From a virus (taxonomy: Duplodnaviria > Caudoviricetes): DNA of 64,000 nt. Below are positions 20,388 to 30,203 of the stretch, piece after piece. The stretch is from the IMG/VR virus record IMGVR_UViG_3300014204_000110. One strand, written 5' to 3'. The position numbers and the translations under genes were made by a program. Numbering within the stretch: the stretch's first letter is position 1; every line of letters starts with the position of its first letter. The notes beneath the pieces are model-generated. The model made no database searches. It was not told the origin of the DNA and worked only from the letters and a program-made list of their open reading frames with translations.

Positions 20388-22472
20388 ATGTTAATTAAAA
20401 ATGTTAAATATGATGGTTCTGGAGATTATACAGATATAACAACTGCTTTCAATGATATGTTAATTAGTGGTGTGGCTGCTACAGGATTAATATCTGATTA
20501 TTTAATGTTAGTTGATGGTGGTACATATAGTGGTACATTAAGTGGTTTTATACCATATAGTGGAAAATTCAATATTATTGGTAGTGGGACATTATTTAAT
20601 TTAACATCATCAATATCTAATATTAGTGGAACTTATCAATCTTATTTTGCATCAAATTTATATATTGAAAATTTTATATTTAATTGTTCTGGAATTAATA
20701 ATTATTCTTTTCAAATTCCATCAGGATTTGGATTAGCATTAAAAAATTCTCAATTTATTAATACTTTTAGTGGAATATATAATTCTGGTGTTGTAGTATT
20801 AGATAACGTATCTAGTTGTGGAATTTCTGGATCAGATATATTTATATATAGTCCTAATGGATTTGAACAAATTATTAATTCAGATATATCTAGATATCAT
20901 ACGGCTATTAATAGTTATAATATTAATATTAAAAATTCGAATATTCATCATAATAATAGTGGAATTTATTGTAATAATTTATTTGATATTTATTTATATA
21001 AAAGTTTATTATATTCAAATATTTGTGATATTAGAATTGGATCTGGTAATTGTTATATAGATAATTCGACTATAAGTGGAAATATATATACTTCTGGAAC
21101 TAGTATTTATGTTAATTCTTCTATTATTAATGGAATAAATAATATTAGTGGAATTGTAACTTCTGGATCTACTTTATACAATTCAAATTTATATAATTCA
21201 AATTTAAATACTTTATTAACAGTTAGTGGAAATAAATATGGTGATCCTAAATTTAATAATATTTCTATTGGAGATTATAGATTAAAATTTAAACAAACTG
21301 AAGGTTCTCAAGCTATAGAAATTAAATCAAATTCTAATTATTCTGATTCAATTAATTTTATAGTTGATCATAGTAAATTACAAATATATGATAGTAATGG
21401 AATATTTACAAATAATGAATTTTTACCATATATATATACTCAAGATTCAAGTATAATATTTAGTGATTATAATAGAGAAATTAAATTTTCTGAATTAAAA
21501 AATTTGTATAAAAAATTATATTATAAATTATATATTAATCTACAATTTGAAGAATATAATATTTTAACAGATTCAACTTTTAATTTAAATCAAAATGAAT
21601 ATGATAAACATCCTTGGGATTGGGATTATAATGAAATTCAAACAACTCAAATAATTGATAATAATATGTATATTATTCCAAGATCTTTTATAGATATTGA
21701 AAATATAATTTTAAATAAAATACCAATATTACCAACTAATATATCATTTTCAAATATAATTAAAGATAATATTAAATGTTATATAGTTCCAGATCTACGT
21801 GGAGTTTCTTATGATTATAGTTTATCTTCTCCTGGAAATACAATTGTTTGGATGATAGATGGATTAAATCAGTCTTTAATTAAAAAAGATGCATATTCTG
21901 ATGAGTATCTAGAAAATTATCCATTACTTTGTTATAATCCTACAAAATCTATAATTAGACCATCTGGATTAATTTATACTGGAGTTGATGGAGATTATTA
22001 TACATTTATTAAATATGATAATCCAAATTTTAAACTTAAAGGTTTAAGTGAACTTGGTGATTTTCAATGGATTGCTACTGATATTAATCAAAATTTTGAT
22101 ATACGAGGAATTAAAGTTTATAAAAATAATTTGTTTATAACTGCTGGAAAGTATCCTATTAATATAACTAATAGATTAATTATTCCAAGTGGTGAGCCAG
22201 TTGGACAATTATTATGGTATAATAATAATGATTTGTTTTTTAATTATATTAAATCTATTGATAATATTAATAATACCACATTAGCTTCTGGAAATTATTA
22301 TCCGACTGATCTTACTTTTTACGAAGATGGTACTTTAATGATAGCTGATTATTATAATCAAAGTGGATTATATAAATATAATCTAGCATATGATTATTGC
22401 ATGATAAATTCTACTTATGATAATGAAACAAAAGTTATTTTAAGAGAATATTATGATAACGTTGAAATATAA
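20388..22472 (+). CDS. tail-associated protein with N-terminal parallel beta-helix (pectin-lyase-like)
   Basis: Starts VKYDGSGDYTDITTA; Asn/Ile ladders; GDPKFNNISIGDYRL helix-cap motif. Confidence 0.55.
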   Translation: MLIKNVKYDGSGDYTDITTAFNDMLISGVAATGLISDYLMLVDGGTYSGTLSGFIPYSGKFNIIGSGTLFNLTSSISNISGTYQSYFASNLYIENFIFNCSGINNYSFQIPSGFGLALKNSQFINTFSGIYNSGVVVLDNVSSCGISGSDIFIYSPNGFEQIINSDISRYHTAINSYNINIKNSNIHHNNSGIYCNNLFDIYLYKSLLYSNICDIRIGSGNCYIDNSTISGNIYTSGTSIYVNSSIINGINNISGIVTSGSTLYNSNLYNSNLNTLLTVSGNKYGDPKFNNISIGDYRLKFKQTEGSQAIEIKSNSNYSDSINFIVDHSKLQIYDSNGIFTNNEFLPYIYTQDSSIIFSDYNREIKFSELKNLYKKLYYKLYINLQFEEYNILTDSTFNLNQNEYDKHPWDWDYNEIQTTQIIDNNMYIIPRSFIDIENIILNKIPILPTNISFSNIIKDNIKCYIVPDLRGVSYDYSLSSPGNTIVWMIDGLNQSLIKKDAYSDEYLENYPLLCYNPTKSIIRPSGLIYTGVDGDYYTFIKYDNPNFKLKGLSELGDFQWIATDINQNFDIRGIKVYKNNLFITAGKYPINITNRLIIPSGEPVGQLLWYNNNDLFFNYIKSIDNINNTTLASGNYYPTDLTFYEDGTLMIADYYNQSGLYKYNLAYDYCMINSTYDNETKVILREYYDNVEI

Positions 22473-22484
22473 AAGGAATTAAAT

Positions 22485-23807
22485 ATGTCTTATCCTTATG
22501 ATTTACCTAGTTTAAGTATGTCTACAACATGGATCAGTGGTAACTTCAAGCCTACTGATGTTACTAAAAAAATAATTAATAATTTTACTCCAGTAAATAA
22601 ATTATCTATGACTAATTCTGTTGGTAATGAAATATCTCTTATACAAAATTATATTAATTCTAAATTTTTAGGAAGAGATGAACTTCCTATACAATCAGGA
22701 TATATAACTCAATTAAAATCTAATAGTGGTTATTATTATATTTATAATAGTGGATCTTATGATGTTGATAATAGTATTACTATTAATCCATCTAGTATAA
22801 TATTATATCATGAAGCTCTAGATCCTTATAATATAACTGAAATAATCAGACCAACTGGAGTTTATATTAAAGCCATTAATGGATTTTATGAAACTAATCG
22901 TAGAATAATAGATTTTAATTTAAACAAATTATATATGCATGGTGTAGATCCATCTACATTACCTGAAGGTTCTATTTCATGGGATACTAATTTTATACCA
23001 TATTCAGGATTAAATATTAATAGAACAGATTTAGATATTGATGCTTGTACAAGAATGTTAGATGTAAGTATTAGTGGTATTAAATGGGGTTATACAAGTT
23101 ATGATGGATTAACATCTAATGTTACAAAACTTGATGTAAATTCTAGTGGTAATATTATAGTATTTCCTAGTGGTCAATTTGTAATTAGTTCAGGTGTTCC
23201 TTATGTTGATTGTGGTTTAACAGTAGGTAATATTAATGGTGGTGGTAATGTTTTTATACAAACTAAAAGTGGTGGTGGAGTTTTTATTGGTGGATTAAAT
23301 AATATTGATTCAATAATATCTTATGCAACTAATAGATTATTATTACAATGTGGTTCTTCAGATATTAAATTATATTCAACTGTTCCTAAAGTAGCAATTA
23401 CTGGAGATACAATTATTGATAATCATACTTTAGTTGTTAGTTCAGGTCAAGCATATACAGATTGTGGAATAACTATTGGTAATGATAATTATAGTGGAAA
23501 TATGTTTATAAGAACAAGTGCTGGTGGTGGTATTCTATTAAAAGGTGATAATGGAATGATTGATAGATTACAAACATTTGGTACAAGTACAGTTATAGAA
23601 AATCAAGGTGGCGTAGTTAATGGATCAATAACAATAGATACTAGTCCTGAAAATAGTGGAATTGTATTTGTTACTGGAGATTCAACTATAACTATTCCAG
23701 GATCAGGAACTATAACATTACCAGTAAATGCAACAGATCCTACATCTAGTTATGCTTTAACAAATGCTATTAAAGATGTTTTAATTAAAATTGGATTTTG
23801 TTCATGA
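22485..23807 (+). CDS. tail fibre-like protein with internal duplication
   Basis: Two copies of xVxSSGxxYxDCGxTxGN..GNxFIxTxxGGG; AAGGA RBS. Confidence 0.5.
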   Translation: MSYPYDLPSLSMSTTWISGNFKPTDVTKKIINNFTPVNKLSMTNSVGNEISLIQNYINSKFLGRDELPIQSGYITQLKSNSGYYYIYNSGSYDVDNSITINPSSIILYHEALDPYNITEIIRPTGVYIKAINGFYETNRRIIDFNLNKLYMHGVDPSTLPEGSISWDTNFIPYSGLNINRTDLDIDACTRMLDVSISGIKWGYTSYDGLTSNVTKLDVNSSGNIIVFPSGQFVISSGVPYVDCGLTVGNINGGGNVFIQTKSGGGVFIGGLNNIDSIISYATNRLLLQCGSSDIKLYSTVPKVAITGDTIIDNHTLVVSSGQAYTDCGITIGNDNYSGNMFIRTSAGGGILLKGDNGMIDRLQTFGTSTVIENQGGVVNGSITIDTSPENSGIVFVTGDSTITIPGSGTITLPVNATDPTSSYALTNAIKDVLIKIGFCS

Positions 23808-23896
23808 AAAAATTATGTAAAAAATGTAATATCGAAAAAGATCTAATCGATTTTTATACTGATAAATATACAAAATCTGATATTCGTTATGAATAA
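23804..23896 (+). pseudogene. truncated homing-endonuclease-like zinc-finger remnant (30 aa)
   Basis: MKKLCKKCNIEKDLIDFYTDKYTKSDIRYE*, in ATGA overlap with the upstream stop. It matches the N-terminal CxxC..K...F half of phage HNH/EndoVII-associated Zn fingers but lacks the second CxxC and any nuclease domain. Confidence 0.45.
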
Positions 23897-23927
23897 TATT
23901 AAACTTAAAATTAAGAAAATTAAATAA

Positions 23928-25478
23928 ATGAAACCTATTAAGAAACAAGTATGGGATAATATGAGCGTTTTTGCTCTTCTAAATGGTATATCTATTTGGA
24001 ATGAAAATTATCAATCTTTAAAATATGTTAGAAAACCGTATGAAACTAATCTTGATGTTCGTGATAATGTTTTAAAATCTCATGACTATAAAACAGATAT
24101 TACACAACAAGGTTTAATTAATTCTATTTATAATGAATTAGATCTTATTCCATATAATGTATTAAAAAAATCAATATTTTATTTATCTTATAATCCAGTC
24201 CCATCAGGAAATATTGAAGTTCAAGATATATCTGGATTTTATAAAACTTCAAGTGGTACTTGGAATTCTATTGGTCCTCAAATTTGGAGTGATAATTATT
24301 TTATAGCAAAACAAAATAAAATAGGATTTATAGTTTGGGAAGATATTAAATTTAATAATATATCAAATATTAAAAATTATACATATTCTAATGTTGTTGA
24401 AGTTTTTCGTGAATTTAATGATAAAACTGAATTAAAATTTGAATATTACATTCAAGTTAAAGATAGTTATGATAATATTAATTTAATAAGATATACTGAC
24501 ATGAATTGTCAAACCGATAGTAATGATATTAGATATACTTATAGATTTCCTACAGTGTCTGGATTAAATCTAGATGGTGATATATTTTGTTATACATTAG
24601 GTGATATTCCATCTCAAATAAAACATTTGTATATGGATGATAATAATTATCCTACTCAATTATATTATGATCTTAAAAACTATTTAGATAATAAATATAA
24701 ACATAGATGGGATAAAATAACTAATAATTCTTGTATATGGGATATTAATAAAAATTATGGTAGTGGTCAAATTAATAGTTTTTATGATGCTTTAGCTCCA
24801 GAGAATCATTTTAGTAGTTCTATTACACATACTGGATATTATGGAGGAATAGAATCTTTATCTTATAGTCTCCATCAATCAGACTTTTTAGAAATTTCTG
24901 GAAATCAAAGTTGGTATCTAAAACTTTATCCAGGTAAATTTTATATAGATGGTATTCCTTTTTATTATTTTGAAAATCCTCAAGTTTCACAATTAGATCT
25001 AATTTTAAGTGGTAATCTATATTATTCATCTATACCTAGTGGATTATCTCGTGGAATGTATACAATAGCTTCAAAAAGTGGATATTATGATACATATTAT
25101 TGTAATAACTCTAGAGATGAATTTTTAAGTGGAGTTTATGAAGATTATTCTTATAGAACTGGTTTTGATGGAAATAAAAGTTGGGGAGATATATATAGAA
25201 AACGTCCAAATATAAATAATAATATAGGGTTTCAAATAGATCTAGATTATGGTCAATATAAAATAGATTTTGATAATAATTTAATATATTTTAATTTACC
25301 TAATATTACTGATTATAATAAGGTTACTTTTGTTTGGGATAATCTTTTAGTTCCTAGTGGATCTATACTATATTATGATTTAAATCCTCTTAATGAACAA
25401 AATTTAAGTTTAGAGAAATTTTTTATGTACTTATCTCTAGTTCCAAATAAATATTATAATAGTTATTTAAGACCATGA
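23928..25478 (+). CDS. baseplate/tail structural protein
   Basis: RKPYETNLDVRDNVL..TQQGLINSIYNEL resembles a wedge gpI-type motif; Ser-Gly rich; tail-module context. Confidence 0.5.
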   Translation: MKPIKKQVWDNMSVFALLNGISIWNENYQSLKYVRKPYETNLDVRDNVLKSHDYKTDITQQGLINSIYNELDLIPYNVLKKSIFYLSYNPVPSGNIEVQDISGFYKTSSGTWNSIGPQIWSDNYFIAKQNKIGFIVWEDIKFNNISNIKNYTYSNVVEVFREFNDKTELKFEYYIQVKDSYDNINLIRYTDMNCQTDSNDIRYTYRFPTVSGLNLDGDIFCYTLGDIPSQIKHLYMDDNNYPTQLYYDLKNYLDNKYKHRWDKITNNSCIWDINKNYGSGQINSFYDALAPENHFSSSITHTGYYGGIESLSYSLHQSDFLEISGNQSWYLKLYPGKFYIDGIPFYYFENPQVSQLDLILSGNLYYSSIPSGLSRGMYTIASKSGYYDTYYCNNSRDEFLSGVYEDYSYRTGFDGNKSWGDIYRKRPNINNNIGFQIDLDYGQYKIDFDNNLIYFNLPNITDYNKVTFVWDNLLVPSGSILYYDLNPLNEQNLSLEKFFMYLSLVPNKYYNSYLRP

Positions 25479-25867
25479 TTTCAAATATAATTAGTAATCA
25501 AAGAAGAACTCCATATAGACTTGAATCTAATGATATTATTAATATTAGATTAAATTTATATAATAATAATAAACAATTTTATAATCAAAATATTCAATTA
25601 GAATTTTATTTAAATTATCCAAGTGGATGGAATAAAGTAGCTGATTCAATAAGTACAAAAAATGGTAGTCAAAATTTAAATTGTTCTTGTTTATATATAA
25701 GTAATATATCAAATTGTCTTGGGTATGTAAAAGCTACCATTAATAATAACTCTTATAATTCTAATATAATAAGATTTAATTTTATTTCAAAATATACATA
25801 TAATAATTATATATATAATTTTGAAAATATATTAACAACATATGAAAATAATATTTTTACTTTTTAG
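25475..25867 (+). CDS. small virion protein, paralogous to the C-terminal domain of 43537..44445
   Basis: Shares LNYPxGW and SNCLGYVxATINNxSYxSNIIRFNFI. Confidence 0.65.
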   Translation: MISNIISNQRRTPYRLESNDIINIRLNLYNNNKQFYNQNIQLEFYLNYPSGWNKVADSISTKNGSQNLNCSCLYISNISNCLGYVKATINNNSYNSNIIRFNFISKYTYNNYIYNFENILTTYENNIFTF

Positions 25868-25875
25868 GAAATATA

Positions 25876-27276
25876 ATGGCAATTACTACTTATAATTGGG
25901 TTAAAGAAAGTGGTCATTTATATGATAACTTTAATACGTGGGTTACTAATCAAGAAGATAATGAAGTTTCTGTTGCAATAGGTCAAAATATCGTATTAAC
26001 TGGTGATCTTACTATTCCATCTGGAATAAATATTATTGAATTTTATAATGGTGCTGGATTTTATGGTCCATATAATTTAACTATTAGTAGAATGACTGCT
26101 AAACCAAGACATCAAATTTTTAATAGTGGATGTACATGTACTTTTCAAATAGGCGCAATAGATTATCTTTTACCAGAATGGTTTGGAAGTGGAAATGGTA
26201 ATTTATATTTTGGATTAACTAATACTATACCTTCGATTAAAATTCCACTATCTAGAATATATATAGATGGTGGACTTGCTATAGGTGATAATATAAATAC
26301 TGGTAATGGTAATTTATATGTTAATGGTAGTGGAACTTTTGGTGGAAATATACATTTAAATGAATTAAGTACCGTTGATGGTGTTGATATTTCTACATTA
26401 CCAACTTATATAAGTAATACTTCTGGACAACTAGATTCTAGGATAACTTCTAATACTAATAATCTTTCAAATACATCAGGACAATTAAGTACACGAATAG
26501 ATGCTACTGGTTTATATAATTATAATCTAATAAATAATCATAGTAATTTAACAATAACCGCTCATGGTGGTTTAGCATCTGGAAATCATAATCATGGTCT
26601 TGGAACTTCAGGAAAACTTTTAAAATTTGTATCATCATCTGGATATTCAGATAGTATGATTAATGATTCAGGAAATCAAATATATATTGGTTCAACTAAT
26701 AACTATGTTAAATTTAATGAAAATGGATATTTATTAAATGTTGGAAGTGGAAAAGCTTGGAGAGATGAAATTGGATCTGCTATGTCATTACAATCAACTG
26801 GTCCAGGAATTTCTTTAAATATTTCTGGTGGAACAATTGATTATATAAATACATCTAATTATAGTGATTTTGCAACAACTAATGTTCAATTAAATCATGA
26901 TATAGATAGTAATTGTTATATTAGTCCTCATTTGCATTATATTCAATCATCGTCTGGATATCCTAACTGGGTATGTCAATATAGATGGCAAACTAATGGA
27001 CAAGTTAATACTGTTAATTGGTCTGGAATACCTGGAACTGGTATATATTTATATACAACTGGAACTTTAAATCAAATATTTGAATTTAGAGATATATATC
27101 CACCTACTCAATCTGGAATGAGTGATATTGTTCAATTTAGATTAATACGTGATGCAAATAATGCAAGTGGATATTATGGTGGAAGTGATAGTTCTCTTGG
27201 AACTGTAAGTTTTACAAGTTTTGATGTCCATGTTTGTATAGATTCTTTTGGAAGTAGACAAGAATGGATAAAATAG
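25876..27276 (+). CDS. tail fibre-like protein
   Basis: PEWFG motif, TVDGVDIS, tandem SNTSGQLxxRI repeats, beta-sandwich C-terminus; AGGA RBS. Confidence 0.55.
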   Translation: MAITTYNWVKESGHLYDNFNTWVTNQEDNEVSVAIGQNIVLTGDLTIPSGINIIEFYNGAGFYGPYNLTISRMTAKPRHQIFNSGCTCTFQIGAIDYLLPEWFGSGNGNLYFGLTNTIPSIKIPLSRIYIDGGLAIGDNINTGNGNLYVNGSGTFGGNIHLNELSTVDGVDISTLPTYISNTSGQLDSRITSNTNNLSNTSGQLSTRIDATGLYNYNLINNHSNLTITAHGGLASGNHNHGLGTSGKLLKFVSSSGYSDSMINDSGNQIYIGSTNNYVKFNENGYLLNVGSGKAWRDEIGSAMSLQSTGPGISLNISGGTIDYINTSNYSDFATTNVQLNHDIDSNCYISPHLHYIQSSSGYPNWVCQYRWQTNGQVNTVNWSGIPGTGIYLYTTGTLNQIFEFRDIYPPTQSGMSDIVQFRLIRDANNASGYYGGSDSSLGTVSFTSFDVHVCIDSFGSRQEWIK

Positions 27277-27286
27277 GAGAAAATAT

Positions 27287-28066
27287 ATGAATCAAATTAC
27301 TTTAAAATCATCATTCTTTTCATTTTTATCTTATGATGAAAAAAATGTACAAGATAAGATACATAAAACTTTTAAAGATCATAAAACTCATTTTATAAAA
27401 AATGAAGATGGAAGTCACTTTTTTGGTCTTATTATTGATAATATTAATAAAATAGCATATCTTGTTAATCGTGGAACTGATGGTGATAATAATCTTGGAA
27501 ATTTACATTCATGGTTATATGATGCTAATCTTTTTACTGGTAGTGATGGAATGCATAATGGTTTTCAAAAATTAGCTAATAAAGTATTTGATCAATTTAA
27601 AGATATACTTGTTAATTATAAAACAATTGTTTGTTGTGGTCATTCTCAAGGATCTGGTGTTGCTCAAATACTTGCTAAATTATGTTGTGAAAATCTTTCT
27701 AAAGATAAGAAAATTAAATTAATAGTATTTGCTGCGCCACCATCTGGAAATTATACTTTTAAAGAAATTGTTCAAAAATTTATAGATAATGGACAACTTG
27801 AAGTAGAACGATATATTATGCCAGGTGATCCAATAGCATCTAAAAAACTTAGAAATAAAAAAAGTATATTACTTAATGGAGAAGATGTTGGCCCAGATAG
27901 TTGGCTTCCAGATATCATACAGACTAAACTTGGTCCATTTGAAGCAATAAATCATTCATGTAAAGTCTATGTTGTTGGACTTATATTAGAACTTCTTAAA
28001 AGTGATATTGAAACTTTAGAAGACTTAAATTTTCTAGGATGTTTGTTTAGAAATTGTGTTAATTAA
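27287..28066 (+). CDS. class 3 lipase / alpha-beta hydrolase
   Basis: RGT lid motif, HNGF, nucleophile elbow GHSQG (27638-27652), FAAP, GDPIA (Asp), NHS (His); AGGAG RBS. Confidence 0.85.
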   Translation: MNQITLKSSFFSFLSYDEKNVQDKIHKTFKDHKTHFIKNEDGSHFFGLIIDNINKIAYLVNRGTDGDNNLGNLHSWLYDANLFTGSDGMHNGFQKLANKVFDQFKDILVNYKTIVCCGHSQGSGVAQILAKLCCENLSKDKKIKLIVFAAPPSGNYTFKEIVQKFIDNGQLEVERYIMPGDPIASKKLRNKKSILLNGEDVGPDSWLPDIIQTKLGPFEAINHSCKVYVVGLILELLKSDIETLEDLNFLGCLFRNCVN

Positions 28067-28093
28067 CTATACTAAAACTGATTGGAGAATTAT

Positions 28094-28378
28094 ATGAACG
28101 TATTAAATAATATTTTATCACATCAAGAAATTATAATTGCAATTATTGGGGTTTTGACACCAATAATATATCGGGCATTACAAAAATTAGTACAATATCT
28201 TCCTTCTGAATATAAAAAAATAGGAAATAAAATTAAACCTACAACTATTACAATAATACTTCGATTTTTATTTGGTAAAACTGCTACTTTTTATAAATGT
28301 TTTGTTAAAAAAGATCCAAAAGCTACTGAAGAATTATTAAAAATAGCTAATCAATATATAAATAATAAACTTAAATAA
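28094..28378 (+). CDS. small membrane protein, holin-like
   Basis: Hydrophobic IIIAIIGVLTPIIY segment and basic C-terminus; ATG 28094 follows GGAG. Confidence 0.4.
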   Translation: MNVLNNILSHQEIIIAIIGVLTPIIYRALQKLVQYLPSEYKKIGNKIKPTTITIILRFLFGKTATFYKCFVKKDPKATEELLKIANQYINNKLK

Positions 28379-28391
28379 TTGGAAAATTTAA

Positions 28392-29303
28392 ATGTCAGAA
28401 TTATCAATTTTAATTCCAGCAAGAAATGAAATGTGGTTACAAAATACTATTGATGATATTCTTAAAAATATAGAATTAGATACAGAAATTATAGTTTGTT
28501 TAGATGGATATTGGCCTTATATTCCAATAAAAGATGATAAACGAGTAAAAATAATACATTATACAGAATCAGTTGGTCAAAGAGCAGCTACAAATGATGC
28601 AGCTAAATTATCTAGATCTAAATATATAATGAAATGTGATGCTCATTGTGCTTTTGATAAAGGATTTGATAAAAAACTATTAAGTACAATAGAAGATAAT
28701 TGGACAGTTATTCCAAGAATGTATAATCTTCATGTGTTTAATTGGTTATGTAAAAAATGTAATAATGAAACTTATCAAGGACCTACTCCAACAAAATGTG
28801 ATAAATGTGAAGGTGCTGAGTTTGAACGTAAATTAATTTGGAAACCAAGATTAAATCGCAAAACTGATTTTACAAGATTCGACAGTGATCTTCATTTTCA
28901 ATATTGGTCTGATTATGAAAAACGTCCTGAAGCTAAAGGTGATATTGTTGATGTGATGTCAAATCTCGGGGCTTGTTGGTTGATGTCTCGTAAACGATAC
29001 TGGTCATTAGATGGTCTTGATGAAGAACATGGTTCCTGGGGTCAGATGGGTACTGAGATAAGTTGTAAGAGTTGGTTATCTGGAGGAAGACAAGTAGTTA
29101 ACAAAACAACATGGTTTTCTCATCTATTTAGAACCCAAGGTGGAGATTTTGGATTTCCTTACCAAATATCAGATAAACAAGTCCAGAATGCCAGAAAAAG
29201 ATCAAGAGAATTGTGGTTAGAAAATAAGTGGCCTAAAGCTATTAAAAAATTAGATTGGCTGATTAATAAATTTTCACCAGTACCAACATGGGAAATAAAA
29301 TGA
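28392..29303 (+). CDS. GT-A glycosyltransferase resembling polypeptide N-acetylgalactosaminyltransferase (GT27/GT2-like) with inserted Zn ribbon
   Basis: SILIPARNE, DAHC (DxH, 28638-28649), GACWLMSRKRYWSLDGLDE, WGQMGTEISCKSWLSGG, SHLFR. Confidence 0.8.
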   Translation: MSELSILIPARNEMWLQNTIDDILKNIELDTEIIVCLDGYWPYIPIKDDKRVKIIHYTESVGQRAATNDAAKLSRSKYIMKCDAHCAFDKGFDKKLLSTIEDNWTVIPRMYNLHVFNWLCKKCNNETYQGPTPTKCDKCEGAEFERKLIWKPRLNRKTDFTRFDSDLHFQYWSDYEKRPEAKGDIVDVMSNLGACWLMSRKRYWSLDGLDEEHGSWGQMGTEISCKSWLSGGRQVVNKTTWFSHLFRTQGGDFGFPYQISDKQVQNARKRSRELWLENKWPKAIKKLDWLINKFSPVPTWEIK

Positions 29304-29467
29304 AAATAAAGTATAAAATAATAGAAGATCGCTATGTAGACAAAGAGTGCAAAGATTTTGATATTATATCCATTCATTATGCAGGTCCAGAAGGTCTTGT
29401 ATGTGTGTGGTATAAAGATTATACTGATGAATTATCTTTATTAAGTAAAATAGATGAAATAACTTGA
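29300..29467 (+). CDS. 55-aa hypothetical protein (absent from ORF track)
   Basis: MKIKYKIIEDRYVDKECKDFDIISIHYAGPEGLVCVWYKDYTDELSLLSKIDEIT*; ATGA overlap with the GT stop; fills the gap between two GT genes. Confidence 0.5.
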   Translation: MKIKYKIIEDRYVDKECKDFDIISIHYAGPEGLVCVWYKDYTDELSLLSKIDEIT

Positions 29468-29495
29468 TAACTAATAAATTTTTACCTGTGCCTAC

Positions 29496-30203
29496 ATGGG
29501 AAACTTAATGAAATATCCAGATAATTTAACCATAATATATCTTACGAACAACTTGATGCCTGAAGGTTGGATGAAATTTCAATTAGATGCTTTTGCTAAA
29601 GCATCTGAAGGATATAAAGTTATTTCTGTGTCTAGAGTTCCAATGAATTTAGGTTATAATATTATTCAAACAGAACCATCTTCTTATTGGAATATTTATT
29701 ACCAATTAATGAAAGCAGCTAAATTAGCAGATACAGATTTTATAGCAACTGCTGAAGATGACACGTTATATACACATCAACATTATCATGAATTTAGACC
29801 AAATGTTGATGAAATAGCTTATGATCGATCAAGATGGTCTTTATTTACATGGGATAAAGACCCAATATATTGTTTAAGAAATAGAGTATGTAATTGTTCA
29901 ATGATTTCACCAAAAAAGTTATTTATCGATGCAATTGAAGAACGCATAGAAAAATATCCTAATGGACTTCCAAACAGTGAAGTGGGAGAAGTAGGTAGAG
30001 AAAGAATAGAGTTACGTCTTAAAGTTAAACGTAATAAATTAGTAGAATTTTATTGTACTAATTCAATTGTACAACTTAATCATACTAATGGTGAAGATAT
30101 AAGACAAAAAGAAAAATGGAAATCACATGGTCAAATTAAAGCATATGATATTCCTACTTGGGGTAAAGCAAAAAATATAGTGGAGATTTATAATGGACGT
30201 TAG
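29496..30203 (+). CDS. GT-A fold glycosyltransferase (GT2-like)
   Basis: TIIYLT N-terminal strand; DTDFIATAEDDTLY acidic motif; cluster context. Start may be 29508. Confidence 0.6.
   Translation: MGNLMKYPDNLTIIYLTNNLMPEGWMKFQLDAFAKASEGYKVISVSRVPMNLGYNIIQTEPSSYWNIYYQLMKAAKLADTDFIATAEDDTLYTHQHYHEFRPNVDEIAYDRSRWSLFTWDKDPIYCLRNRVCNCSMISPKKLFIDAIEERIEKYPNGLPNSEVGEVGRERIELRLKVKRNKLVEFYCTNSIVQLNHTNGEDIRQKEKWKSHGQIKAYDIPTWGKAKNIVEIYNGR

Noticed and set aside
23897-23927. Late promoter (TAAATA-like)
   Set aside because: The AT-rich background makes the match uninformative, and no repeated conserved promoter motif could be established.
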